Part shown: one piece after another, positions 18,660-27,587 of the stretch
Layout: each line of letters opens with the position of its first letter
How positions within the stretch are numbered: position 1 is the stretch's first letter
NCBI GenBank assembly: GCA_018003015.1
Contig: JAGNEZ010000008.1
Span: forward strand, 97,599-161,598
From: Phycisphaerae bacterium
GTDB taxonomy: Bacteria; Planctomycetota; Phycisphaerae; UBA1845; PWPN01
Direction of reading: 5' to 3'
Length of the DNA stretch: 64,000 bases
Notes under the pieces: model-generated
What the model was told of the DNA's origin: nothing
Database searches by the model: none
Seen by the model: only the letters and a program-made list of their open reading frames with translations
Translations under genes and position numbers: made by a program

Positions 18660-20483
18660 ATGCCGGACCCCGAAGACGTCTCGGTGACGCAGTCGTCTGG
18701 GGAATCGTTGCCTTCAACGCGGGCCGCCGGTGTCTTGATGCCGCAAACGCCACCCCACGATGCGGAAGGTCCGGATGGCCGTTCGGAGACCGTCCGGCGG
18801 GTCCTTCGGGACTGCATTCGGCGCCGAGCTGCCGGTGAGGACCTGCCGGACGAGCGGATCATCGACCGGCACCCCGACTTGATGCCCGAATTGGGCCGCG
18901 AACTGCGAGCCTTGGACCTCATCGAGCAGGCCCGTCGCGACGTTGCCGCTGAGACGAGGGAGTTGCAGCCGCAATCGGCGGGTGCTGGTCTTGAGGCGTT
19001 TTCCGGCCCCGCCGCTGCGACCTTCCCGGGCTACCAGATTCTCCGCGAGCTGCACCGCGGGGGGCAGGGAGTCGTTTACCAAGCCCTTCAAGAATCCACC
19101 CAGCGGATTGTGGCCATCAAAGTGATGCTGGAGGGTCCTTTCGCCAGCCAGATGTCCAGGCTCCGCTTTGAGCGGGAGATCAAGCTCGTCGCCGGCTTCA
19201 AGCATCCCAACATCGTCGTGGTCCATGACAGCGGAATCACCCGTGGGGGGTACTACTTTGCGATGGACTATATCGATGGATGCTGTCTGGACACCTACGT
19301 TCGCCTCCGAAGCCTGCGGACCCGCGATATCGTGGAGCTGTTCGGCCGGACCTGTGATGCCGTGGCGTATGCGCACCGCCGGGGCGTGATTCACCGAGAC
19401 CTGAAGCCGTCCAACGTTCTCGTCGGCGAAGGCGGAACACCCTACGTCGTTGACTTCGGACTGGCCAAGATACCGGAGGAGGATGCACTGCTTCCGGAAC
19501 AACCTCTGACCAGGCCGGGCAATCTGCTCGGAACGCTGCCCTACATGTCACCGGAACAGACCTACGGCAAATCGGAGGGCATTGATGCCCGAACCGACGT
19601 CTACTCCCTGGGAGTCATTCTCTATCAGCTGCTCACCGGTTCGCTCCCGTACCCGACCGACGGCGACATCACCCATGCTGTCCGGAGCATTCGCGAGGCG
19701 GACCCGCCACGGCCTTCTGCGGTCACCGCCTCGGCCCGTGCCCGGGGGGTCAATTCCGAGATCGACGCGATCGTGCTGAAAGCTCTGGAGAAGGAGCCGG
19801 ACCGGCGCTATCAGTCGGTCAGCGAATTCCGGCAGGACCTACTGGCTTGGCTCGACGCCCGGCCCATCAGCGCCCGGTCCGCCAGCTCGCTGTATCTCCT
19901 GCGTAAGATCGTGGTGCGTCACAGCTTCGAGTCGCTGCTAGTGGGTACGGTCATCGCCGCGCTGATCGGATTTGGGAGCATTGCGTTGCACGCTCTGTTT
20001 CAGGCTCGCGAGGCGGTGAGCAGGCAGGTGGACACCCAGAGCGCGCTGATGCAGGCGAACGCAACGTGGCAGGCCGCCGGCACCGCGGCGTACGCGACGA
20101 ACGCACGGAATTCGTTTGGGTGGTTCCTGGCCGAGTGGTACGCCGGACGCTCGCACCGCGCCCGGGAGATTCAGGTGACCACAGCTCAAGCTGCTCCGGA
20201 TTACGGTGCGGTGATGGATTTCCTGCTGGACGAGGCTGTGACTCCCGAAGAGCTCCGCTCTCGTCTGGGAGCGGGATCCGAGGCCTTGCTGGAGTTTGCC
20301 TGCGGTGAGCGGGCCCTCAAGCAGGGCCGCGAGCGGGAGGCGTACGAGTACTTCGAGAGGTGTGTTTCACTGGGGGGTGGAGTCTGGCTAACGGCGTCGG
20401 CCAAAGCCCGCGTGGAGCAGCTTCGCGCGTCAGGCACCGCCGAGCTCGGCCAGCTCGGCGAAGAAGAACGAGAATCGCCATGA
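18660..20483 (+). CDS. Membrane-anchored Ser/Thr protein kinase with an extracytoplasmic helical C-terminal domain
   Basis: 607 aa with Hanks motifs GGQGVVY, VAIKVM, HRDLKPSNVLV, DFGLAK and YMSPEQ. One TM segment (LLVGTVIAALIGFGSIALHALF) is followed by about 180 aa of TPR-like tail. Confidence 0.9.
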   Translation: MPDPEDVSVTQSSGESLPSTRAAGVLMPQTPPHDAEGPDGRSETVRRVLRDCIRRRAAGEDLPDERIIDRHPDLMPELGRELRALDLIEQARRDVAAETRELQPQSAGAGLEAFSGPAAATFPGYQILRELHRGGQGVVYQALQESTQRIVAIKVMLEGPFASQMSRLRFEREIKLVAGFKHPNIVVVHDSGITRGGYYFAMDYIDGCCLDTYVRLRSLRTRDIVELFGRTCDAVAYAHRRGVIHRDLKPSNVLVGEGGTPYVVDFGLAKIPEEDALLPEQPLTRPGNLLGTLPYMSPEQTYGKSEGIDARTDVYSLGVILYQLLTGSLPYPTDGDITHAVRSIREADPPRPSAVTASARARGVNSEIDAIVLKALEKEPDRRYQSVSEFRQDLLAWLDARPISARSASSLYLLRKIVVRHSFESLLVGTVIAALIGFGSIALHALFQAREAVSRQVDTQSALMQANATWQAAGTAAYATNARNSFGWFLAEWYAGRSHRAREIQVTTAQAAPDYGAVMDFLLDEAVTPEELRSRLGAGSEALLEFACGERALKQGREREAYEYFERCVSLGGGVWLTASAKARVEQLRASGTAELGQLGEEERESP

Positions 20484-21298
20484 GACCCGTCGCCTCCACC
20501 GTCCGGCTCACCTGCCACCGGCGACGACGCGACACGCGCCTTGCCTTCACTCTGCTGGAAGTGCTTGTGGTGGTGGCAGTGGTGTCGCTGCTGGTGGCGG
20601 TGTTACTACCCGCTCTGAACAGCGCTCGTGAGTCCGCGCGCCGAGCTGCCTGCCTGGCCAATCTCACGCAGCTCCGGACGGCCTGGGACCTGTACCTGCG
20701 CGATTCGAAGGATCGCTTCCCCCGTTACCAGAACGCGGCGTACAACTATGGCGGACGTCAAGGCATGCCTCCTTCTTTCGGCTCAAAGGCGGGACTCCCC
20801 AAGCCTCTGAACCGCTATCTGGTGCTCAAGCCGGTGGTCAGAGTCGGTGCGGAGGAGTTCCATTGCGCCTCAGACTCCGGTTCGTCTACGCGCCTGCCCA
20901 CCCATTTCTGCTACTACGGCACAAGCTACCGCACCAACGAGTTCCTCGTCGGCGTGCCGGTGGAAAACCTGGTGCCCATGACCGACGACCCGGTCACCGC
21001 CGATTCTGCTTTCCTCGCACTGCTCAAGAGCGATATCCAGGCGTTTCAGGCCTCGAAGACATGCCAGCCAGCCCGGGTGGCGTTTCTGGGAGACGACACC
21101 TGGTGGCGCACGTGGTTGCCGGCACCCATGAACACACTCCCAGAGTGGCACCGCGGTCCGCGCTCGCACAACCTGGCTTTCATGGACGGACATGTTGCGC
21201 CTCTCGACGTTCGCAAAGGCCGATACAGCACTGGCGATTACACGGTCTTGCCGACGCGAAGGCTTCAGGAGGCTGCGCAGGTCATTCAGGACAAATGA
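20480..21298 (+). CDS. Prepilin-type N-terminal domain protein (pseudopilin, DUF1559/H-X9-DG-like)
   Basis: The start MRPVASTV is at ATG 20480 and overlaps the kinase stop (ATGA). The N-terminus is ...RLAFTLLEVLVVVAVVSLLVAVLLPALNSARESARRAACLANL. The C-terminus is HRGPRSHNLAFMDGHV. Confidence 0.85.
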   Translation: MRPVASTVRLTCHRRRRDTRLAFTLLEVLVVVAVVSLLVAVLLPALNSARESARRAACLANLTQLRTAWDLYLRDSKDRFPRYQNAAYNYGGRQGMPPSFGSKAGLPKPLNRYLVLKPVVRVGAEEFHCASDSGSSTRLPTHFCYYGTSYRTNEFLVGVPVENLVPMTDDPVTADSAFLALLKSDIQAFQASKTCQPARVAFLGDDTWWRTWLPAPMNTLPEWHRGPRSHNLAFMDGHVAPLDVRKGRYSTGDYTVLPTRRLQEAAQVIQDK

Positions 21299-21320
21299 CC
21301 CGCCCTGCGGAGGAGGAGCG

Positions 21321-24300
21321 ATGCGATCCTGGACACAAGTGGCTGGGCCCGCCGGCCTGCTCGCTCTGGCTGTTGTTCTGGGGAGCGCCAGCGCCTCGCA
21401 GGCGGTCGTGCGCCGGGTCAAGGCTGACGCCACCGGAGCCGGCAATGGCGCTACCTGGCACGATGCATTCACTGAGCTTCAGAGCGCTCTGGCCGCCGCT
21501 CAGCCGGGCGATGAGATCTGGGTGGCCGCCGGGGTTTACCGCCCCGACGTTCACCCGGCGACCGGCGGCCACACCGGCGACCGCAGCCTCAGCTTTCGCC
21601 TCAAGGTTGGCGTGGGTGTCTACGGCGGCTTCGATGGCACGGAGAGCGTTCGGAGCACCCGGAACCCTCTCAAGAACCGCACCTTCCTGAGCGGAGATCT
21701 GAACGGTGACGACCATGCCGGTGGCGACCCGCGCGAGAACAGCCTGCACGTGGTGGTCGCTGACGGGGTGGATGCCACGGCCGTGCTCGACGGTGTCATC
21801 ATCACCGCAGGCAACGCCGACCTACCGTCCTCCGGCAATGACCCACATACCGACCGGGGCGGCGGCATGCTGCTTCCGTCGGCCGGGAGTAAGCCCACAC
21901 TGCTGGGATGCGTGTTTCTGCGCAACCGCGCGGGCTGCCAGGGCGGAGGCCTGTTCATCCGCGGAAGCAGTCCCGAGCTCAAGGGCTGCGTCTTTCGAGG
22001 GAACGTCGCCATTGACGAACTCGCCCACGGTGGCGGGCTCTGCAACTTCGCAGGCAGCAATCCTCGCATTACCGGTTGCTGGTTTGTGGACAACGAGGCC
22101 GGGGCGAGCGGCGGCGGAATGTCCAATCTCGATTCCAGTCCCACCCTGGTGAACTGCACCTTCACCGGAAACAGCGCCGGCGGCACACCCGGTGGCGGGG
22201 CCATTTTCATCAACCAGATCCCTCAGGATGCTAAAACATCCCTGTGGAATTGCATTTGTTGGGGCAACATGGCCTCTGACGGTCCGGAGATCGTACTGAT
22301 CGGCGGACTGCTCGATGTGCGTACCAGCCTCATCGCGCGCGGCAGACAAGGCATTATCCCCGCCGCCATGACGCCAGCATTCGACCCGGTCATCGGGGCA
22401 GATGGCATCTTGAACGACGATCCGCGGCTCACGCCGGACGGCCACCTCCGGGCCGACTCGCCGTGCATCGATGCAGGCGACCCGCCCCCGACTGACATTG
22501 GCGCCGACCAGTTCCTGGACACCGATGGGGATGGGCTTCCCGACTGGTGGGAGAGGCTCTATTTCACTTTGGACACTGGTCCACGTGTCGATCCGGACGG
22601 CGACGGTCTCTTGAACCTGGAAGAATACGAGGGCTGCTCGAGCGATCCGGCTGCTGTCCCCATCCACGTGTGCAAGGGCTGCCCCTCCGTCGCCCCGGAC
22701 GGCTCGGCCGCCCGGCCGTTCAAGACCATTCAGGCCGGTATCGGTGCCGCCCAGGAGGGCAACACCGTCCTTGTTCGACCCGTTCCCACTGCCATTTACT
22801 CCGACGCCGGCGACGTGAATCTCGACTTCGGCGGCCGATCGCTGATCGTACGCAACGGCGGCCCCGGAGCCATCACCATCGACTGTGGCGGGAACCACCG
22901 GGTGATCAGCACGGACTCGATCCGGGCCGACTTCGTGGTTCTGGAGGGTTTCAATATCATCAACGGGGGCGGCAATCCCGGAGGGGCCCTCTACCTCCAG
23001 CACGCCCGGTTGCGGCTCAAAGGGTGTGAGTTCAGAGACTGCGGCAGTTCCACCGTCGGGGCTGAACGAACCGCCCTCTACGGTCTCGAGGCCTCTCTCG
23101 TTGTCGCAGGCCAGGTGGAGATCGGGGCGGGCAACGGCCAACCGGCCGCATGCCTCTCCGGCACGAACGTGATTCTGGCCGATTCAACCTCGCTGATCGA
23201 TCTGCCGGGGCCGCAGCCCACGATCATGGAGGTCGGTTTCTGCAGTTTCGACGGCCCCGGTCTTCTGCGCCTCCGGGCGGGCACGACCCTGGCCATGAGC
23301 GCCGGTAGCCTGCCGACGGAGGTTCGAGCCACGATCAGAGGCGCCGGCAGCGTGTTCGTGCCTCCCGAGACGCAACTTGTTCTTGCCGGCGACACGGTGC
23401 TCAATCTCGGCGACACCGAGGACCCGGCTGGTCCGTGCGCGTCCCCCGGTCCGACGGGTACCGCCGGGACACTCACGGCGACCGGCACGCTCATCCTTTG
23501 CGACAATGCTCGGCTTCATCACTGCCAGTTGGACGTCAAGAGCCTCCGGGTCCTGGAGACCAGCACAGTCTCTCATTGCACGATCCGCCTGATCGAGTCT
23601 TCGAGAGGCTTTGGAGGAGAGCTGCTGATAGATCCGCTGGCCACGGTGAGCTGTAACGTGATCACCTCCGAGGGCGACCGATACCTGAACCTGGATCCCG
23701 ATCCTGCCCGGCCGCGCATGAACGTCTCGGATAACCGGTATGACGTCACCATCCAGCCCAGCCCGCGCGGCAGCACTGGCACACTGCTCGAATTGAGGAT
23801 GGCCGACGATTGTACCGGCGATTGCCCGGCCGGCGCGATCAGACGGGCGGCGCTGCCGGGCGACGCTTACTCCGGCAGCTGGGCACTCGAGAAGCTGGAG
23901 ATCCTGCGGGGCGGCAAGGTCAATCTGACCAATCAGCAGGGGCTCGTCTTCGAGGATAACGGCATCCCCGAGACGCTGTTTGTCCGCACGCTGAAGATGC
24001 ACCCACGCTCCGTGCTCAACCTCGGGCTGCAGCGACTCTACTACGACAAGCTCGTGGACGGCGACGACCAGCCCATCGGGCAAGAGAAGCTCGCATCCAT
24101 GGGAAGCCAGATCATGAGCGTGCCCCTGCTGGGCTTCTCGCTCATCCTCATCGCGATGAACGACGACACCGAGTTTGAGATCCGCGTCCAGACCCAGCCT
24201 ACCAACCCGGCGGACACTCAGCAGTGCGAGTGCGAAGGCGTCTGTACCGATGGCACGCCGCAGGACCGTTCGTCCTGCCGGGAAGGCCGCATCATGCGTC

Positions 24301-26768
24301 TGGCCGAGACGGCCGTGCAAGAGGAGATCCCCGGGCTGACCACCGGCGGGGTCATGGAGATGTGGACGCAGGCGCCCCAGAGGAAGTCGGCCAGCTCGGT
24401 CGTAGCCCACGGCTCCTTCGCCCGCACTGCCGAGGAGTACATCCAAATCACTTTCGAGTATCTCTTCCGCGAAGGCCCAGACGCGGAACTCATCGTGTCA
24501 CTGACCGACAGTCCGGAGCCGAACACCGCCGATGCCGTCCAGGTGACCACACTGCGGCCGCCGGCCACCGGCCGACCTGGCGCGATCGGTAGCAGCACCT
24601 TCGGCGTCTTCTCCATCCTCCATCCCCGCGGTTCCCTCGATTTCACCCGCGGCACTTACGTCCAGCTCGAACTGCGTGGTGAGGCCTCCCGCATTTGGAT
24701 TGACAACTGGGATCCGACCGTCTGGTGCACCGTCTGCGGTTCGCTCGATGAGAACCCGGACGTGACTATCGAGGATTTTCTCCTGCTGGTAGCCGAGTCC
24801 GGCAAAGCCGTCCTGGACTACCAAAACAGGAGTTGCCTTGACATGAACGAAGATGGCTTCTCCGATTTGTACGACCTGTTGCTCTGGAACCTCGAGCAGT
24901 GCCTCTGTCTCTCGACACCCGCCGCGACGGGAACCAGGTCTCGTCCGTCCGCGAGCGCCCGGGCATCGTCCGGGAGCACCCGGCTGCTCGTCGCCGGGCT
25001 TGGCCGAAGCCGCGATCCGGAACAGTATTGGTTCCCGGAACGGCTCCATCTGCTTGACCCGGCGACGCTCTGCGGCGACGCGATCTTGCCGGCAGGCGGC
25101 GAGGGCAGTGGCTCCAACGGCCGGTTGATGACTGATCGACTCGGTCAGGTGTACCAGATCAATGGCTTCGGAGGAGCCATGCCACTGAACATGGGGCTCA
25201 GCCGACTGACGCTTGCCGGAGTCGGCGGTACAGCCGAACAGGTGCTCACCCCGGCATGTCAGCAGTTGGCCGATGGAAGCTCGGTGAGGGTCGGAGCCAC
25301 TGCCGTCGGCGAGGTGCCACCCTTCGACGTGGCATTCCATCCTTCCGATCCCTCTGTGGTTTACGTTGTTCCCGTGCTCGTCGAGCCACTCACCGGCACG
25401 CCCTATCGTGCAGCCGCCAGGCTCAAGCTGGCGGACGGCGGCTTCGACGTGCAGCGCATCTACTACACAGCTCCCGACTCCGAGACGGAACCCGGCAAGA
25501 AGATGCCGCGAGAAATCGAGGTGGACCGGCACGGAATGTACGTGTTTGTCACCAGCGCCGCAGTCACCACCTCGGTCGACCTGGGAACGTACGACGAGTA
25601 TCTGTTCATCTATCGGGAGCCGGATGATCCCGATGATACCGGCCAGCCCGCCGTACTGGTGAACGAGGTACGACTGGATACAGCATCCCAGACGGTAGGC
25701 GGTGCAACTCTGTCTCTGGGAAGTCCGGTCATCCACAGCCCCACCGCGCTGGCGCTTTCCGCAATCGACGACCACTTGTACCTGTCGTCCTCCGTGACCG
25801 AGACGACGACCACGAGGGGCTGCCCGACGGCCTACCGGTTCGGCGTGGAGTATACACCCGGCTCACCCGATGTGAAGCTGTCGTACCTCGGCCAACTCCA
25901 GGTATCATTCGCCGGCCGCGAGGTGCCGTGGTTCAGGGCGACCGGAGACCCCGCCCGGCCTGACACCATTGATCTGGCCTGGGAGTTCCCCGAAGAGCCG
26001 GGCTTCGCGGGTGTCCGCATCCACCGCGTGACCACCGACTCCTGGCCGACCATGCCCGGCAGCGAGATCTGCGGCGCGAACGCCGGGACGCAGTGTATCT
26101 ACCAGGGCAGTCAAGATGTGTCCCTTTCAGACAAGCCCATCGGGGGCGAAGATTTCTTCTATCGTATCTATGCGCTCTACGACGACGGCACGATCACCGG
26201 TGGCATCTACGCCGCGGCCCGACTGGGCGACAGCCAGCCTCTGGAGAGCAGCGGCCCCGTGGCGGCGATCACGTCGATCGCCGAGGACCCAACCGATGGC
26301 AAGCTGTGGATCGCCGGCTACTCCTCCGCAGCTTTTGCGGCCAATCATTCGGCCGCCGATCCGGTCTTCGGCGCCACCGCGCCACTGTTCACCTACGCAG
26401 GCATCGCCGCCGCATCGCCGGAAGACTTCACAGCTTCCGGATCCGTCTCAGCCCGGACGGTTTCATGCAATGCCTACAACCTCGCTCTGCCCATCTCAGC
26501 CGTTGTCGTACGGTCGCTGGCAACCGACTTCGATGCGGACTGGGATGTGGATGGGGACGACCTCAGCCATCTGCAGTCATGCGCTTCCGGCCCAGCGGTG
26601 CCCTTCAGCGCCGGCGACTGTGCCCACGCCGATCTCGATGGCGACGGCGACGTAGACCAGTCCGACTTCGGCATCTTCCAGCGGTGCTACCGCGGAGCCA
26701 ATCAGCCAGCCGATCCGCAATGCTGCGGTTCGGCAGGACCGACGCAGCCGATCACAGGAGGGTCGTAA
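21321..26768 (+). CDS. 1,815-aa secreted surface protein with parallel beta-helix blocks, TSP3-like Ca-binding repeats, a large unknown core and a C-terminal Cys-bracketed dockerin-like module
   Basis: The preferred start MRSWTQVAGPAGLLALAVVLGSASASQA is at 21321, after GGAGGAGG. PbH1-type repeats are present (GGGMSNLDSSPTLVNCTFTGNSAGG...). TSP3-like repeats are DTDGDGLPDWWE and DPDGDGLLNLEEY. An FN3-like segment is FFYRIYALYDDG. The tail is DFDADWDVDGDD...DLDGDGDVDQSDFGIFQRCY...C. Confidence 0.85.
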   Translation: MRSWTQVAGPAGLLALAVVLGSASASQAVVRRVKADATGAGNGATWHDAFTELQSALAAAQPGDEIWVAAGVYRPDVHPATGGHTGDRSLSFRLKVGVGVYGGFDGTESVRSTRNPLKNRTFLSGDLNGDDHAGGDPRENSLHVVVADGVDATAVLDGVIITAGNADLPSSGNDPHTDRGGGMLLPSAGSKPTLLGCVFLRNRAGCQGGGLFIRGSSPELKGCVFRGNVAIDELAHGGGLCNFAGSNPRITGCWFVDNEAGASGGGMSNLDSSPTLVNCTFTGNSAGGTPGGGAIFINQIPQDAKTSLWNCICWGNMASDGPEIVLIGGLLDVRTSLIARGRQGIIPAAMTPAFDPVIGADGILNDDPRLTPDGHLRADSPCIDAGDPPPTDIGADQFLDTDGDGLPDWWERLYFTLDTGPRVDPDGDGLLNLEEYEGCSSDPAAVPIHVCKGCPSVAPDGSAARPFKTIQAGIGAAQEGNTVLVRPVPTAIYSDAGDVNLDFGGRSLIVRNGGPGAITIDCGGNHRVISTDSIRADFVVLEGFNIINGGGNPGGALYLQHARLRLKGCEFRDCGSSTVGAERTALYGLEASLVVAGQVEIGAGNGQPAACLSGTNVILADSTSLIDLPGPQPTIMEVGFCSFDGPGLLRLRAGTTLAMSAGSLPTEVRATIRGAGSVFVPPETQLVLAGDTVLNLGDTEDPAGPCASPGPTGTAGTLTATGTLILCDNARLHHCQLDVKSLRVLETSTVSHCTIRLIESSRGFGGELLIDPLATVSCNVITSEGDRYLNLDPDPARPRMNVSDNRYDVTIQPSPRGSTGTLLELRMADDCTGDCPAGAIRRAALPGDAYSGSWALEKLEILRGGKVNLTNQQGLVFEDNGIPETLFVRTLKMHPRSVLNLGLQRLYYDKLVDGDDQPIGQEKLASMGSQIMSVPLLGFSLILIAMNDDTEFEIRVQTQPTNPADTQQCECEGVCTDGTPQDRSSCREGRIMRLAETAVQEEIPGLTTGGVMEMWTQAPQRKSASSVVAHGSFARTAEEYIQITFEYLFREGPDAELIVSLTDSPEPNTADAVQVTTLRPPATGRPGAIGSSTFGVFSILHPRGSLDFTRGTYVQLELRGEASRIWIDNWDPTVWCTVCGSLDENPDVTIEDFLLLVAESGKAVLDYQNRSCLDMNEDGFSDLYDLLLWNLEQCLCLSTPAATGTRSRPSASARASSGSTRLLVAGLGRSRDPEQYWFPERLHLLDPATLCGDAILPAGGEGSGSNGRLMTDRLGQVYQINGFGGAMPLNMGLSRLTLAGVGGTAEQVLTPACQQLADGSSVRVGATAVGEVPPFDVAFHPSDPSVVYVVPVLVEPLTGTPYRAAARLKLADGGFDVQRIYYTAPDSETEPGKKMPREIEVDRHGMYVFVTSAAVTTSVDLGTYDEYLFIYREPDDPDDTGQPAVLVNEVRLDTASQTVGGATLSLGSPVIHSPTALALSAIDDHLYLSSSVTETTTTRGCPTAYRFGVEYTPGSPDVKLSYLGQLQVSFAGREVPWFRATGDPARPDTIDLAWEFPEEPGFAGVRIHRVTTDSWPTMPGSEICGANAGTQCIYQGSQDVSLSDKPIGGEDFFYRIYALYDDGTITGGIYAAARLGDSQPLESSGPVAAITSIAEDPTDGKLWIAGYSSAAFAANHSAADPVFGATAPLFTYAGIAAASPEDFTASGSVSARTVSCNAYNLALPISAVVVRSLATDFDADWDVDGDDLSHLQSCASGPAVPFSAGDCAHADLDGDGDVDQSDFGIFQRCYRGANQPADPQCCGSAGPTQPITGGS

Positions 26769-27585
26769 TCATCGGGTCGAACCACTCCTGCCGACCGGAT
26801 TCGAGTTGCACGATAAGGCCGCCGACCGGGTCCACTTCCACCGTCCAGCCGGTGTAGTCGCGTCCCTCACGGCGGAGACGGATTTTCTGGCCCACGGCTT
26901 CGGCGTAGTTGAGCCACGCGGCGTGCACTCGCCCGGTCTGCCCCCATCCGGCGGGATCCAGCCACTCGTCAAGGGATTGCAGCAGGCAGCGGATCACCTC
27001 GACGCGGTCGATCGGATGTGAGCCGGCCAACTCCAGCGAGGTCGCGACTCCGCGCAAGTCAGGTGGGAAATGCCCGGCCTGCTGCAGGCAGTTGATTCCG
27101 ATGCCAACCACCCACGCTCGTCGCTCCTCGGTCAGAATCCTGGATTCGATCAGAATGCCCCCCAGCTTACGACCGCTGTAACGCAGGTCGTTGGGCCACT
27201 TGATAGCCGGCGTGATCTCGGTTGCCCGACGGATCGCCTCGCAGGCGGCCACGGCGGACACTTGAGTCAGCCAGGCCGAGATACCGGCCGGAGAACCGGC
27301 CTCGACCTTGCCGATCTCGGCCGCGGGAGGAACCAGAACCAGGCTGGCCAGCACACTTGCCCCGCGCGGCGACAACCAGGTACGCCCCATCCGCCCCCGG
27401 CCCTCGAGCTGAATATTGGCCAGGACGACCAGGCCGTCGGCATCCGCCCCTTCACAAGCCTTCAGGGCAAGGTTATTGGTGCTATCCGCCTCATCGAGAA
27501 TCAAAATCTGGCGGCCAACTCTCCTAGGAACCCAGCCTTGATGGAGTTGGCCCACGGTGATCCACGTTGCCGGTTCAGAGGGCAT
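26752..27585 (-). CDS. birA: Biotin--[acetyl-CoA-carboxylase] ligase
   Basis: 277 aa with the motifs LEGRGRMGRTW (GRGRxGRxW) and KWPNDL...GKLGGILIE. No N-terminal HTH domain is apparent. Its 3' end overlaps the convergent adhesin gene by 17 nt. Confidence 0.9.
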   Translation of the reverse strand: MPSEPATWITVGQLHQGWVPRRVGRQILILDEADSTNNLALKACEGADADGLVVLANIQLEGRGRMGRTWLSPRGASVLASLVLVPPAAEIGKVEAGSPAGISAWLTQVSAVAACEAIRRATEITPAIKWPNDLRYSGRKLGGILIESRILTEERRAWVVGIGINCLQQAGHFPPDLRGVATSLELAGSHPIDRVEVIRCLLQSLDEWLDPAGWGQTGRVHAAWLNYAEAVGQKIRLRREGRDYTGWTVEVDPVGGLIVQLESGRQEWFDPMITTLL

Positions 27586-27587
27586 GG

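Noticed and set aside
20360-21320. Longer N-terminal extensions of the pseudopilin (from 20360) and adhesin (from 21192) ORFs
   Set aside because: The extensions overlap the preceding genes in other frames and are Arg-rich. Internal ATGs at 20480 and 21321 give a prepilin leader and a signal peptide respectively, the latter with a strong RBS.
21822-25775. Long minus-strand ORFs (439, 420 and 425 aa) inside the adhesin gene
   Set aside because: They are antisense shadow ORFs of the 1,815-aa gene, low-complexity and Arg/Gly-rich. The plus-strand frame carries clear beta-helix, TSP3 and dockerin motifs.
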